Shown one piece after another: positions 28,198 through 38,056 of a DNA stretch of 64,000 bases (within the stretch, counting starts at the first letter, position 1; each line of letters starts with the position of its first letter). Source of the DNA: a virus; the IMG/VR virus record IMGVR_UViG_3300050014_001197, positions 64,001-128,000 of that record; one strand, given 5' to 3'. Position numbers and translations under genes: made by a program. The notes beneath the pieces were generated by a model. It was not told the DNA's origin, made no database searches, and was given only the letters and a program-made list of their open reading frames with translations.

Positions 28198-28632
28198 ATG
28201 AAGTTTTATATAACAGTTGAGGGTTTACCAAAATTAAAGCGGGCTTTTTTAAATCTGAAATTATATTCAATTGTCAGTGTTCCTGAAATTTTATCGGACT
28301 TAGGATATACTTATTCTACAATAGATGAATATGGGGCTTTCATAATCAATCAAAAGATTATGAATATGATTGACAATTATGCCAAATCCAAAAGAATTAG
28401 AGGGATTTTTTATTCTAATCCAAATCTTAATAGAGACATTATAGAAAATCTTTTTACAGAATTAGAACCCTGTGAGAAAATATCAGATTTAGTTCTTCTA
28501 GATGATAAATATGTCTCAAAACTTGAAGAATATTATGATTTATTTGAGGAAATAATTTTCTTTCCCTCAGTCAAGAAGGTTCGTCTTATCGAATGTAAAC
28601 CCATACAGGAGAAATTAAATTGGAAAGTCTAA
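28198..28632 (+). CDS. Hypothetical protein
   Basis: ORF. Confidence 0.3.
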   Translation: MKFYITVEGLPKLKRAFLNLKLYSIVSVPEILSDLGYTYSTIDEYGAFIINQKIMNMIDNYAKSKRIRGIFYSNPNLNRDIIENLFTELEPCEKISDLVLLDDKYVSKLEEYYDLFEEIIFFPSVKKVRLIECKPIQEKLNWKV

Positions 28633-28656
28633 CCCACAAGGTTAGACTTTTTTATT
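28626..28656 (+). terminator. Rho-independent terminator
   Basis: AGTCTAACC-CACAA-GGTTAGACT followed by TTTTTTATTT. Overlaps the stop codon. Confidence 0.75.
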
Positions 28657-28681
28657 TCTCGAATATATAAAATAAAATTAT

Positions 28682-31036
28682 ATGGCAGAAGTGGTCACAA
28701 ATAATAGCAAAATTGATCAATTAGTTGACAGAGCTTTAAAATCTATTGAAAATGCTCTTGAGTTTACAGATTATTATGCTACCAATGAATGTTTTCGTAT
28801 ACAGGTTAATACTCTTTTTAATGAATTAATCACAGGAGATGGTTTTTTCAGCAAAGATATTCAACCTGACGGATTGCATCATATTCATCCAATTGCTGCT
28901 GCAAGAATTTATAAAGAAGCTCTTGATAGAGCAAAACAATTTCTTGGGAATTGTTTAAGAGAGCAATATACTAAAACTGTAAATGATACAGTGTCTTCTA
29001 AAGTTCCTTTAACCGATTTTGATGGTAAACCCTTAGAAGGATCTGCTGTAGGTCCATTTGATAAAAGACTTCAAAGATTATTTGAAGTTGAAAATGGAAA
29101 TTCTTTAATCACTCCTTATGATACTAGATTTCGACAAGTATCAACTACTGGATATCTTATTTCTGATTCTAAAGTGCAAGAAGCTCAGATAGCTGAACAA
29201 GGAGATATTATTTCTGCTTTAGCACAAAGAAGAGAACAGCTTAAAAAGGATGATTTTTATATAGGACCTCCTTCTCTTATAAATCTTTATGCTATTACTC
29301 GTCTTTATGGAAGTAAAGGGGGAAATTATCTTATCAATCAAAAAGGCCAAAGAAAATGGTATGAATTAGACGAAACATCTGAAGACGATTTGGGATTCAG
29401 TCTTAACCCAACTACATCTTCAATTATATCTTGGGGAAAAGGGGATCCTTATGGAAGAACCCCTTATCAATTTAGTGATTTTGTTTTTTGTAAATATTGG
29501 AATATTGTACCAAATAACCGAATGATAACTCTTCGAAGATATGCAGCTCCTATTGTAGATAACTTAAAATTCCCAGGTATGGATGGTCTTGCTGATATGG
29601 GATCAGCTGCATCTCAATCTGATGCGTCAGCTGGTTTAACTGCTCATTCAAACGATGGAGGTCAGGATCAAGGTTCAGGAAAAAAAGTTGCTTTTCCTCC
29701 AATGGCTTCAGCTATAACTTATTTTGGAGAGGAAACCGGAAACTCCTTAAGCTCTATTCTTAAATTTACTGCTGGATTAAATTGGGGCGAAGTTCAAGCA
29801 AAAGTATTTGAGGTTCAATCCCAAGCAGATCCTGATATGGCAGCTGGTCCTGCTGGTCTTTTTGGCGGATTAACTAAATTTGCTAAAATGCTTAATATTG
29901 CTAGCGGTAATTTTGATCAAAAAGCAATCCTTAATAAAGGAAATTTGCCCCCGGATCCTTATTCAAACGGGCCTTATGAAAATAGAATTATTGGTCCTGT
30001 AAATAGAATTGATACTGTTAAGAAAAGAGAAGCAGGATTAAAATATGATAATAAAATTTCTATTGTTTTTGAGTATGCTGCCAGACCAATTGGGGGAATA
30101 AATACAAAAGCAGTTTTATTAGATATACTTTCTAACTTCCTGATTATAGGAACTGCTTCAGCTATGTTCTGGGGAGGCCAGCATAGATTTATGGCAAATC
30201 CGCAACAATATCCATTTATGGGTGGAGATGAGGGTGCTCAAAAATGGTACCGAGGAGATGCTATTGGATGGGGTCAATCTTCTATAGAGAGTTTTTCCAA
30301 TAAATTTGCAGAGGCTGGATCCGAAATTGCTAAATTAGCTGAAGGAGTTTTTAATGCGATTTTAGGCAAGGGAAATATGGATATTAAAAGTTTATTAACA
30401 GGAAATAATGTTGCTGGTAAAATTATTCGTGCAAAATCTGCAGAAAAATCAGAAGGAACTATTCCATATTTAACGGGTTTAAAAGCTCTTCTTATTGGAG
30501 AACCGGTTGGGGAATGGCATGTTACAATAGGTAATCCTTTAAATCCTATAGCAATGATTGGAAACCTTATTTGCGATAGTATTGAAGTAGAACTTGGAGA
30601 TGAACTTGGCCCTGATGATTTTCCACTTGATATAAAAGTTACAGTTAATCTAGATCATGGAATGATTCGTGATAAAGATGCTATTCAAAGTATTTTCAAC
30701 AGAGGTATGGGTCGTATATATGATCTTCCTGATTCTTTTACCAGTACTGGAGATTATGAAACAAAAGTAGATAAGGTTACCGGAAATCAATCTGCTACAG
30801 GAACTACCCCAAATTTTGCCGGAGGAACTTTTATTGCTGATTCTAGAACAACGGGGGGTAAGGTTGGCAAATCAGCTATTATAGAAAATAAATTAGCTGG
30901 AGCAGTTAGTGTTTGGAATCGAGAAAAATTCACAGCAGTTTCTGCAAATCAAGATTTATCTTTTACAGGAAATACAGTACTAAACAGAAGTGCTTATAGA
31001 TCTGCTAATTGGGTAATGCTAAAATCACTTAAGTAA
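28682..31036 (+). CDS. Large virion structural protein (tail/baseplate module; sheath-sized)
   Basis: 784 aa, the first gene of the + strand structural block that contains the gpV-like hub. No confident family assignment. Confidence 0.4.
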   Translation: MAEVVTNNSKIDQLVDRALKSIENALEFTDYYATNECFRIQVNTLFNELITGDGFFSKDIQPDGLHHIHPIAAARIYKEALDRAKQFLGNCLREQYTKTVNDTVSSKVPLTDFDGKPLEGSAVGPFDKRLQRLFEVENGNSLITPYDTRFRQVSTTGYLISDSKVQEAQIAEQGDIISALAQRREQLKKDDFYIGPPSLINLYAITRLYGSKGGNYLINQKGQRKWYELDETSEDDLGFSLNPTTSSIISWGKGDPYGRTPYQFSDFVFCKYWNIVPNNRMITLRRYAAPIVDNLKFPGMDGLADMGSAASQSDASAGLTAHSNDGGQDQGSGKKVAFPPMASAITYFGEETGNSLSSILKFTAGLNWGEVQAKVFEVQSQADPDMAAGPAGLFGGLTKFAKMLNIASGNFDQKAILNKGNLPPDPYSNGPYENRIIGPVNRIDTVKKREAGLKYDNKISIVFEYAARPIGGINTKAVLLDILSNFLIIGTASAMFWGGQHRFMANPQQYPFMGGDEGAQKWYRGDAIGWGQSSIESFSNKFAEAGSEIAKLAEGVFNAILGKGNMDIKSLLTGNNVAGKIIRAKSAEKSEGTIPYLTGLKALLIGEPVGEWHVTIGNPLNPIAMIGNLICDSIEVELGDELGPDDFPLDIKVTVNLDHGMIRDKDAIQSIFNRGMGRIYDLPDSFTSTGDYETKVDKVTGNQSATGTTPNFAGGTFIADSRTTGGKVGKSAIIENKLAGAVSVWNREKFTAVSANQDLSFTGNTVLNRSAYRSANWVMLKSLK

Positions 31037-31037
31037 T

Positions 31038-31622
31038 ATGTTTTTAAATTCAATAGATAAGAAACCATTATTAGTTAAAGATGATGGATTGGTTATAAGA
31101 GATTTAACCCAATCTATGTTTACTTTTAAGACTAATAATTATATTAGTTATCAAGCTTATAAAGTGCCAACAGAATATGCTATGAGACCAGATTTAATTT
31201 CTCAATCGGTTTATAATAATACTCTTCAAGCAGAATTTATTCTTAAATATAACGGTATTAGTAATGCTTTTTCAATTAGTCCTGGAGATATAATTCTTAT
31301 CCCCGATTTAAATTCAGCGCAGGATAATATTAGAAAAGAAGGAGAGGGTGCAGATTCTCCAGAAAATAAAATCAGGTTATCATATAAGTATCTTGATCCA
31401 ACTAAAGCCCCGTCAAAAGATAAAATTGCTATTAATTTTGAAGATAGAAATCTTAAAGAAGGGGCTTTACCCCCAAATATTGCTGAAGAAGGAGCACAAC
31501 AAATTGTTCATAGAAACGGAAGAGTTTACTTTGGAGAGGGTGTTAGTGAAAGTGCATGTTTAAAAAACGGAATGAGCTCCAGTGAATTTTTAACCACGAT
31601 TATAAAAAGTAAAAAAGTATAA
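31038..31622 (+). CDS. Hypothetical structural-module protein
   Basis: ORF coupled to its neighbours. Confidence 0.3.
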   Translation: MFLNSIDKKPLLVKDDGLVIRDLTQSMFTFKTNNYISYQAYKVPTEYAMRPDLISQSVYNNTLQAEFILKYNGISNAFSISPGDIILIPDLNSAQDNIRKEGEGADSPENKIRLSYKYLDPTKAPSKDKIAINFEDRNLKEGALPPNIAEEGAQQIVHRNGRVYFGEGVSESACLKNGMSSSEFLTTIIKSKKV

Positions 31623-33214
31623 TGGCAGATTACACTTTTAATCCATCTGGAAGTTTGAATGCTCCTAGACAATCAAACAGCAATGATTCAGGTAAAGAAA
31701 AATATAGAATTTATAATGTTTTCAAACCCTCGATTGTCTTGGATGAAATGTCTTTACAAGAAACTAATCCAGGGGGAAAAACACAAAGAATAGAAGACAA
31801 AACTTCTCTAGAATTTCCATTTATTAAAATAAATGATTATATAGTTGCTAAGGGAGAAATAGATTATTTTCAAATAGATTCTACAAGAAGACTTCCGACA
31901 ATAATTTTAACTCTTAGTTTTGCAAATGATAAATTTTTTACTAAAGAAATGCCTAAGGATGGAGATATTATCTCTGTAGCAATTACAAACAAATCGGATC
32001 TTCTTATTCCTATTAGAAATGATTATGTAATAACTGGAGCAAGTCCTCTTAAGAAAAGTACTACTATTAAAGAAGGAAATATGGTTACTTTCTTTGGCGA
32101 ATTATTTATACCCGGATTATCTGGTTTTAGAGGATCTTCAGCATTTAAAATGACTACTATGGATGCTTTAAAATCTATAGCAAAAAGTTTAAATCTCGGA
32201 TTTAATACTAATGAAGAAAATACGGATGATAAACAAATGTGGTTTATTTCTACAGCTTTTGATCTTTCGATTGAAGAAATTGCTTCAAGAGCGTGGAAAG
32301 ATGAAAATAGTTTTTTTGATTGGTGGATAGATGTTTATTATAATTTTAATTTTGTAAATGTTCAAAAACAACTTCTTTCCTCAGAAGATGAAATTGATAT
32401 TGCCGCTTCTTTAGGAAATGTCCCTACAGAATTTTATTGGGGAAAATCGACAGATAAAACAATAGAGACTCCAAAAGTATTTTCTAATTTTCACGGATAT
32501 AGAACAACTAGCTTTTATATTACGGATTGGAAACCGATTAACAGATCAACTGCAATAACTTATGATTATGGAACATCTGTTCAAGCATGTTTTTTTGAAC
32601 ACAATAAAGTTATTTATGAAGATCCTAGTAAAACAAAATATTGGTCTTTTAAAATAGAACCCGCTTATGATCCCGAAAAAGTAAATTCCCATATTCTTTT
32701 GAGAGGAAGAGCTCATTGGGATGCATCTCTTAACTCAAAGACCGAACCAGCAAAAGCAAATTATAATTATCTGGACTTATATAATATTTCGCCATGGTTA
32801 GGAATTCAATATACAATTTCAAATCCAAATGACGATAATAGTAAATGGACAGGTAATCATCACAGAAATTATGCTAGGTCTCAAATACAAAATATTCTCA
32901 ATAGGGTTGAACTTGAAAAACTTACTGTAGAAGTTTCGGTTCAGGGAACAAATTTAAACATTATTAAAGGAGATAAAGTCCCAATAGTTCTTATTCAAAA
33001 AGATAGAGTTGAAAATCTTTTAGTTAGCAAGGATTTTATAGCAGATGCAGCTCTCGAATTTTTCTATACAGGGTGGTATTATGTCAAGGGATTTACTTTA
33101 TCGTGGTTAAGAAATGATACGCAAGTTTATTCTCAATTTTCCCAAACCTTTATGCTATCTCGAAGAGAATGGCCTTCACCAATTCCAGTGCAACCAGTAA
33201 AGAAAAAAGCATAA
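31622..33214 (+). CDS. Virion structural protein (tail/baseplate module)
   Basis: 530 aa ORF, translationally coupled. Confidence 0.35.
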   Translation: MADYTFNPSGSLNAPRQSNSNDSGKEKYRIYNVFKPSIVLDEMSLQETNPGGKTQRIEDKTSLEFPFIKINDYIVAKGEIDYFQIDSTRRLPTIILTLSFANDKFFTKEMPKDGDIISVAITNKSDLLIPIRNDYVITGASPLKKSTTIKEGNMVTFFGELFIPGLSGFRGSSAFKMTTMDALKSIAKSLNLGFNTNEENTDDKQMWFISTAFDLSIEEIASRAWKDENSFFDWWIDVYYNFNFVNVQKQLLSSEDEIDIAASLGNVPTEFYWGKSTDKTIETPKVFSNFHGYRTTSFYITDWKPINRSTAITYDYGTSVQACFFEHNKVIYEDPSKTKYWSFKIEPAYDPEKVNSHILLRGRAHWDASLNSKTEPAKANYNYLDLYNISPWLGIQYTISNPNDDNSKWTGNHHRNYARSQIQNILNRVELEKLTVEVSVQGTNLNIIKGDKVPIVLIQKDRVENLLVSKDFIADAALEFFYTGWYYVKGFTLSWLRNDTQVYSQFSQTFMLSRREWPSPIPVQPVKKKA

Positions 33215-33236
33215 TAAATAAAAAAATAATAGATCG

Positions 33237-35567
33237 ATGCCAACTTTAGCTCAAAATATATTTCAATCATTTAGATCTACTGGATCAATTTTTACAGGGG
33301 ATGCTATTTCTGGTGGTAAATTATCAAAAACTTTTGATGAACCAACCTATCTAACTTTTCGTGTTGGATTTCGTTCAGCTAATACAAGCTTAGAATTAAC
33401 TAATTATGATAAAATGCCTCATCCTCTTTTCGAATTATACAAAGAAGATGATATTAATGCTAGGAATTTTTATTCGACGAGACAATTTCTAAGAGACGCT
33501 AATGAATTTGGTCGTGAACAAATGCTTTTGGATTTCATCGAAAAATGGAATACTCTTCAAAATAATTATCAATATTATTTTCAAAATATTTCGGGCATTG
33601 ACTCCCTATTAAAAATTGACCCAAAAAGAGGTATTCGTGTTTCAAAAGATGGCAAGGTTACTATGAAAATGCTTGAAGGCCTTGATTTGAGGGTAACCCA
33701 TCTCTTAAATTTATATCGTAAGATTGCCTGGGATGATGTTTATCAAAGATGGATTCTTCCAGATATGATGAGATATTTTATGATGGATATTTATATTACT
33801 GAATTTAGAATTTTCCATCAATCAAATCTAAAAATAAATTCTCAAACTCAATCTAGTGATAAAATTTATCCTCCAAAACAAACTGCTGTTCAAAAATATT
33901 TACCAGAACTTTCAAATCCTTCGGGAAAATATCAAAGTTCTGAAGTTCCCGAAATGATTCTTACAGCGATGGATGATTTGATGCCAACTTATGTTCTTCA
34001 TTGTGAAAGATGTGAAATAGATATAACTTCTTTAAACACTCACTTCAATGATTTAAATGTTAGTGAACCATCAATGACAGAAGTAAGCTTTGATATTAAA
34101 GTAGGAACACTTACAGAAGAATATAGAAATCCCCTTTTAGATTATTATTACACGGATCGAATTATAAATGGTTTAGAAAGGACTCGAGAATTTTCTTTGG
34201 CCGCTGGTGAAGCTCTTCCTATCATATCAGGGTTGGGAATAGGATTAATTCCTGCTATGGAAAATATTCCATATACTCCTTCAAAAATTTCGGGAAATAC
34301 TAATGCCCGTCCATTTATAAATCCCGATGTGGATTATGGACAAAAAGGATCTCATATATCGGGAAAACCTTTTATTGAATCCGGGGGATCAGGCCAATCA
34401 AATCTTTTAAATGCCTCACAAGCTATACAACCGCCAACTTGGATTGGAAATACTTTAACTTTTGGAAAAGCATTTGCAGAAAATCTTCTTGAAACAACTA
34501 TTAGTAAAGGAAAAATAACAAAAATTCCGGGATTGGGAGTTTCTTTCGGCGAAGCTCTTGCAGCTATTCAAAGTAAGAATGTTTTTACAGTATTTGGTTT
34601 AGTTCGTCAAGCAATGACTCAAAGACTTTCAGCCACAATGCCTTCTCAAGAATTAGAGGGAGATATAATTGATGGAGCATTTAGAGCTTTTGTTTCAAAA
34701 ATGTCCAAATCAAAAGCTACTGATGCTGAAGGTATGGAATTAACTAGAGCTGCAAATCAGGTTTTAAGTGATAGAGGAATCTGGGAACAAATTAAAGATA
34801 TGTCTAAAGCAACTGATTTAATTTCTCAAGCATTAGGTGAGATTAATATAGGTAAACCTCTAGAAAATAAAAATGCATTAAAATTAAATACAGAGGCACT
34901 TACCAATGGAGATAGATCGCTAGCAACAGATCTTGGCACCCTTAAATTAGTAGGGGGTCCTTTAGTTTATAATGGAATTCTTACAAGTACATCTACTTCT
35001 GGATCCATTGATAATAAAGGCGTAACAAGAACAAAATTAGGATCCACAGAAGGGGAAGTTCAAAATGGGGAATTTGCAGGGACCAGTTCAACTATAGAAG
35101 GACAATTACAACCAGTAGAATTTTTAGGATCAAAACCCAATACAGGAATTGAAGAAGGAGGATTAAATACTATTCCTCCGAGTGCTGCTACTTCTAAAGA
35201 TGGATTGCAGCCAGCAGAATTTTCAGGATCAAAACCTAAAATAGGAATTCAGGATGGAGGATTTACTACGATTGTTCCTAGCTTAGCTACTTCTAAAAAA
35301 GATATTTTAGAAAAAGGAGCATTTATAGGATCTTCTTCAAAGGCAGGAATTACAGAAGGAGGATTAAATACTTCTGATCCAGGACAAGCAACAAAAGGAG
35401 AAATAGAAAATGCAAAATATCTTTTTGGCAATGTATCAAAAAAACAAGGAATAACTCAAAAAGCTATTGAAAGGCGAAAACCCGGAGAAGCAACAGATGA
35501 TACAAAGCTTCAACCAATACCTAGACCGGATAAAGGAAATATAAATAAACCTATAAATGAAAGCTAA
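33237..35567 (+). CDS. Large virion structural protein with C-terminal ~35-aa tandem repeats
   Basis: Repeats EGQLQPVEFLGSKPNTGIEEGGLNTIPPSAATSK / DGLQPAEFSGSKPKIGIQDGGFTTIVPSLATSK / GAFIGSSSKAGITEGGLNTSDPGQATK. Confidence 0.4.
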   Translation: MPTLAQNIFQSFRSTGSIFTGDAISGGKLSKTFDEPTYLTFRVGFRSANTSLELTNYDKMPHPLFELYKEDDINARNFYSTRQFLRDANEFGREQMLLDFIEKWNTLQNNYQYYFQNISGIDSLLKIDPKRGIRVSKDGKVTMKMLEGLDLRVTHLLNLYRKIAWDDVYQRWILPDMMRYFMMDIYITEFRIFHQSNLKINSQTQSSDKIYPPKQTAVQKYLPELSNPSGKYQSSEVPEMILTAMDDLMPTYVLHCERCEIDITSLNTHFNDLNVSEPSMTEVSFDIKVGTLTEEYRNPLLDYYYTDRIINGLERTREFSLAAGEALPIISGLGIGLIPAMENIPYTPSKISGNTNARPFINPDVDYGQKGSHISGKPFIESGGSGQSNLLNASQAIQPPTWIGNTLTFGKAFAENLLETTISKGKITKIPGLGVSFGEALAAIQSKNVFTVFGLVRQAMTQRLSATMPSQELEGDIIDGAFRAFVSKMSKSKATDAEGMELTRAANQVLSDRGIWEQIKDMSKATDLISQALGEINIGKPLENKNALKLNTEALTNGDRSLATDLGTLKLVGGPLVYNGILTSTSTSGSIDNKGVTRTKLGSTEGEVQNGEFAGTSSTIEGQLQPVEFLGSKPNTGIEEGGLNTIPPSAATSKDGLQPAEFSGSKPKIGIQDGGFTTIVPSLATSKKDILEKGAFIGSSSKAGITEGGLNTSDPGQATKGEIENAKYLFGNVSKKQGITQKAIERRKPGEATDDTKLQPIPRPDKGNINKPINES
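35090..35400. repeat. Three tandem ~105-nt coding repeats
   Basis: Seen in the translation of 33237..35567. Confidence 0.5.
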
Positions 35568-35868
35568 GTTTGTATTTGAAAGTATTAATTTTGAACGTGG
35601 ATTAGATCCAATAACTGCTATGGGAATAGGCAAGGAGTGGACTCCTGAAGATTTAATTAATATTTATAAAGAATTATTAATTATAACTATACAAACAGAA
35701 TACAGAAAACCTTTTATTAAAGAAGTTAATGATTTTATCCCTCGTAGATATAAACCAGATGTTGGATGGGGAAATTTAGATACTCCTATGTTTATTTTAG
35801 ATGAAGATGAATTTGAAAACATAAAAAATATACTTCTTAAATATTATAATCGAATAAAGAAGAAATGA
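35557..35868 (+). CDS. Leader-motif family small protein (MKAKFVFESINFERGLDPITAMGIGKE)
   Basis: Family motif at the N-terminus. Confidence 0.55.
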   Translation: MKAKFVFESINFERGLDPITAMGIGKEWTPEDLINIYKELLIITIQTEYRKPFIKEVNDFIPRRYKPDVGWGNLDTPMFILDEDEFENIKNILLKYYNRIKKK

Positions 35869-36641
35869 TACCAGATGGCCTACATTTAACGTTTAAAGAT
35901 CTTCATGACAATGATTGGCTTGGAGTTATCACGAACAATATTGATCCAACTTTTTCAGGTCGATGCCAAATTCGTGTGTATAGGTTAATGGATAATCTTA
36001 ATGCAGCAGATCTTCCCTGGGCTGTACCAATCAACTCTACAATTTTTGCAGGAGACGGAGCAGGATCATTATCAATTCCTAAGATAGGCCAGATAGTCCG
36101 TATCCAGTTTAACAATGGAGATATTTACTCGCCTGAATATACAACTATTCAAAATATAGATACGCAATTAATACAAAGGATCAAGGATGATTACGATGGA
36201 ACACATGTTTTACTTTATGATCCCGATGAAGAATTAACGGCCATTTATCAAAGAGGCAGTGGATTTCAAATATTTTATAGAGGAAGTTTTGTTCAGATTT
36301 CTCCAGATAGTATGATTACAATTCAACATGCTAATCAGGATTCTATGATTCAACTTGATGGGGATAAATTAAATATTGTAACAAAGAATGAAGTTAATGT
36401 TTCTGCTTCAGCTAAAGTTTCTATTAATGCTGATGAAGTTATAGCAAGTGGAAACCAAATAACAAAATTGGGACCAGGCCCCTATTATCATGCAGTTTTA
36501 GCAGAAGTTTTATTTCCTTTATTACAAACTATGGCAACAGCAATAGATTCCAAAGCTCCTTTTACTCCTGGAGTAAATGTGGGGTTGGTTCAGCAAGCAA
36601 AACAAGCAGCTACCTCAACTAATGTTTTAGTTTCAAAATGA
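35865..36641 (+). CDS. Baseplate hub/spike protein, gpV / gp5-N-terminal OB-fold-like
   Basis: LGVITNNIDPTFSGRCQIRVYRLMD...LPWAVPINSTIFAGDGAGSLSIPKIGQIVRIQFNNGDIYSPEYT parallels the gpV/VgrG OB-domain GVVxDNxDPxxLGRVKVRxP...WARVxxPxAG...GxxxxPxVGDEVLVxFxxGDxxxPxVLG. Confidence 0.55.
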   Translation: MIPDGLHLTFKDLHDNDWLGVITNNIDPTFSGRCQIRVYRLMDNLNAADLPWAVPINSTIFAGDGAGSLSIPKIGQIVRIQFNNGDIYSPEYTTIQNIDTQLIQRIKDDYDGTHVLLYDPDEELTAIYQRGSGFQIFYRGSFVQISPDSMITIQHANQDSMIQLDGDKLNIVTKNEVNVSASAKVSINADEVIASGNQITKLGPGPYYHAVLAEVLFPLLQTMATAIDSKAPFTPGVNVGLVQQAKQAATSTNVLVSK

Positions 36642-38047
36642 TAGTTAAAGAAAACATAAATTTCGAAAGAGGATTAGATCCTAAATCCTCCATGAAAATT
36701 GGTCTCCCTACAAAAATTAAAAATGGATTGTGGGGTCTTTATCATGAAAGAGGAACAGGTTCTATTAATTTAATGGAGAGATTTGATCGTGTTTGGCTTA
36801 GAGTAGAAGATTATGGCACTGATTCAGAGATATTTAGAAAGAATGTTTACAAAAATTTTGGAACAGAATTCTTTAGCGATATTGATCAAAGAAATAATTC
36901 TCTTAAAAAAGGAGGATGGACTTTTCATCTTGTCATTAAACCAGAATATCACCAGATATTTAAAAATGCTTTTACGCCAGATGGGCTTATCAAAGAATCG
37001 TTAAATTTTGAGAGAGGACAGAATCCGAGAGAAATCCTAAAATTGGGTCTCCCTACAAAAATTAAAAAAGGAATATGGGGGCTTTCAAGTGAAAGGGGAG
37101 TTTCCACCATTAATATTTCGGGGAATAGAGATTGTGCGTGGTTAGATGTTACAGATTATATTGATAATGAAAAACTTTTCTTAAATTATGTTAAGAAAAA
37201 TTTCGGAAGTGACTTTTTTAGTGATATAGAAATAAAACCTATTCAGAAAAAACTATCAAGAATAAAAGGAAGATCCTGGAGAACTGAACATAAATTAATT
37301 ATTAAATCAGAATATCAGCAATTTTTTAAAAATGCTTTCACACCGGATGGACTTATTAAAGAATCATTAAATTTTGAAAGAGGACAAGATCCAAAAGATG
37401 CTATGTCTATTGGAAGAGTGGAGGAAAGAAAACAAAAATTAATTGCAGAAATTACAGAATATGATCCAGAATCCTGGAGTGGTAGTTCTGTCTTATCAGA
37501 TTATATACGGAATGCATTGAGCCCTCATCATTTTGGCTCTCGGTCATGGGATCTTTCGACTTTAGAAGAAGCCTCTACAGAAGAACTTCGGCATGCTTTA
37601 GAATATCTCAAAAAGTGGGAAAGAATTGAAAAGAAACAAGCAGAGCAAAGATTAAAAAGATATAATAATGAATCCCTGGATTTCGAGAGAGGACAAGAAC
37701 CGAAAAAAGCTATGAATATAGGCTGGGGAGGTTTTCTTATAAAAAATATACAAGGACTTGAACACGAAGGATATACTTACGATATAAACAATAAAGAAAT
37801 AGCTGAAATTATTAGGAAAAATATTCCAGAAATAAATGATAATGAGTTAAGCAGATTTTTTGCTGATACTTTGGATGATATTCTTGATCATATTTCGGCA
37901 ATTGATTTCAGAAAAAAAGATTACAAAAATATTACATGGTATATTAAAGATCAAATTGCATCCCAATCTAGATACTGGATGTCTATACATAGTGATTCAG
38001 CTATGAGACAGATAATGAGAAACTCTGGAATGAATGTCAATTTCTAA
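36638..38047 (+). CDS. Leader-motif family protein with four tandem motif-initiated modules
   Basis: MIVKENINFERGLDPKSSMKIG; IKESLNFERGQNPREILKLG; IKESLNFERGQDPKDAMSIG; ESLDFERGQEPKKAMNIG. Modules 1 and 2 are ~120-aa near-duplicates (LPTKIK.G.WGL..ERG...IN...). Confidence 0.6.
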   Translation: MIVKENINFERGLDPKSSMKIGLPTKIKNGLWGLYHERGTGSINLMERFDRVWLRVEDYGTDSEIFRKNVYKNFGTEFFSDIDQRNNSLKKGGWTFHLVIKPEYHQIFKNAFTPDGLIKESLNFERGQNPREILKLGLPTKIKKGIWGLSSERGVSTINISGNRDCAWLDVTDYIDNEKLFLNYVKKNFGSDFFSDIEIKPIQKKLSRIKGRSWRTEHKLIIKSEYQQFFKNAFTPDGLIKESLNFERGQDPKDAMSIGRVEERKQKLIAEITEYDPESWSGSSVLSDYIRNALSPHHFGSRSWDLSTLEEASTEELRHALEYLKKWERIEKKQAEQRLKRYNNESLDFERGQEPKKAMNIGWGGFLIKNIQGLEHEGYTYDINNKEIAEIIRKNIPEINDNELSRFFADTLDDILDHISAIDFRKKDYKNITWYIKDQIASQSRYWMSIHSDSAMRQIMRNSGMNVNF

Positions 38048-38056
38048 ATCAATCTC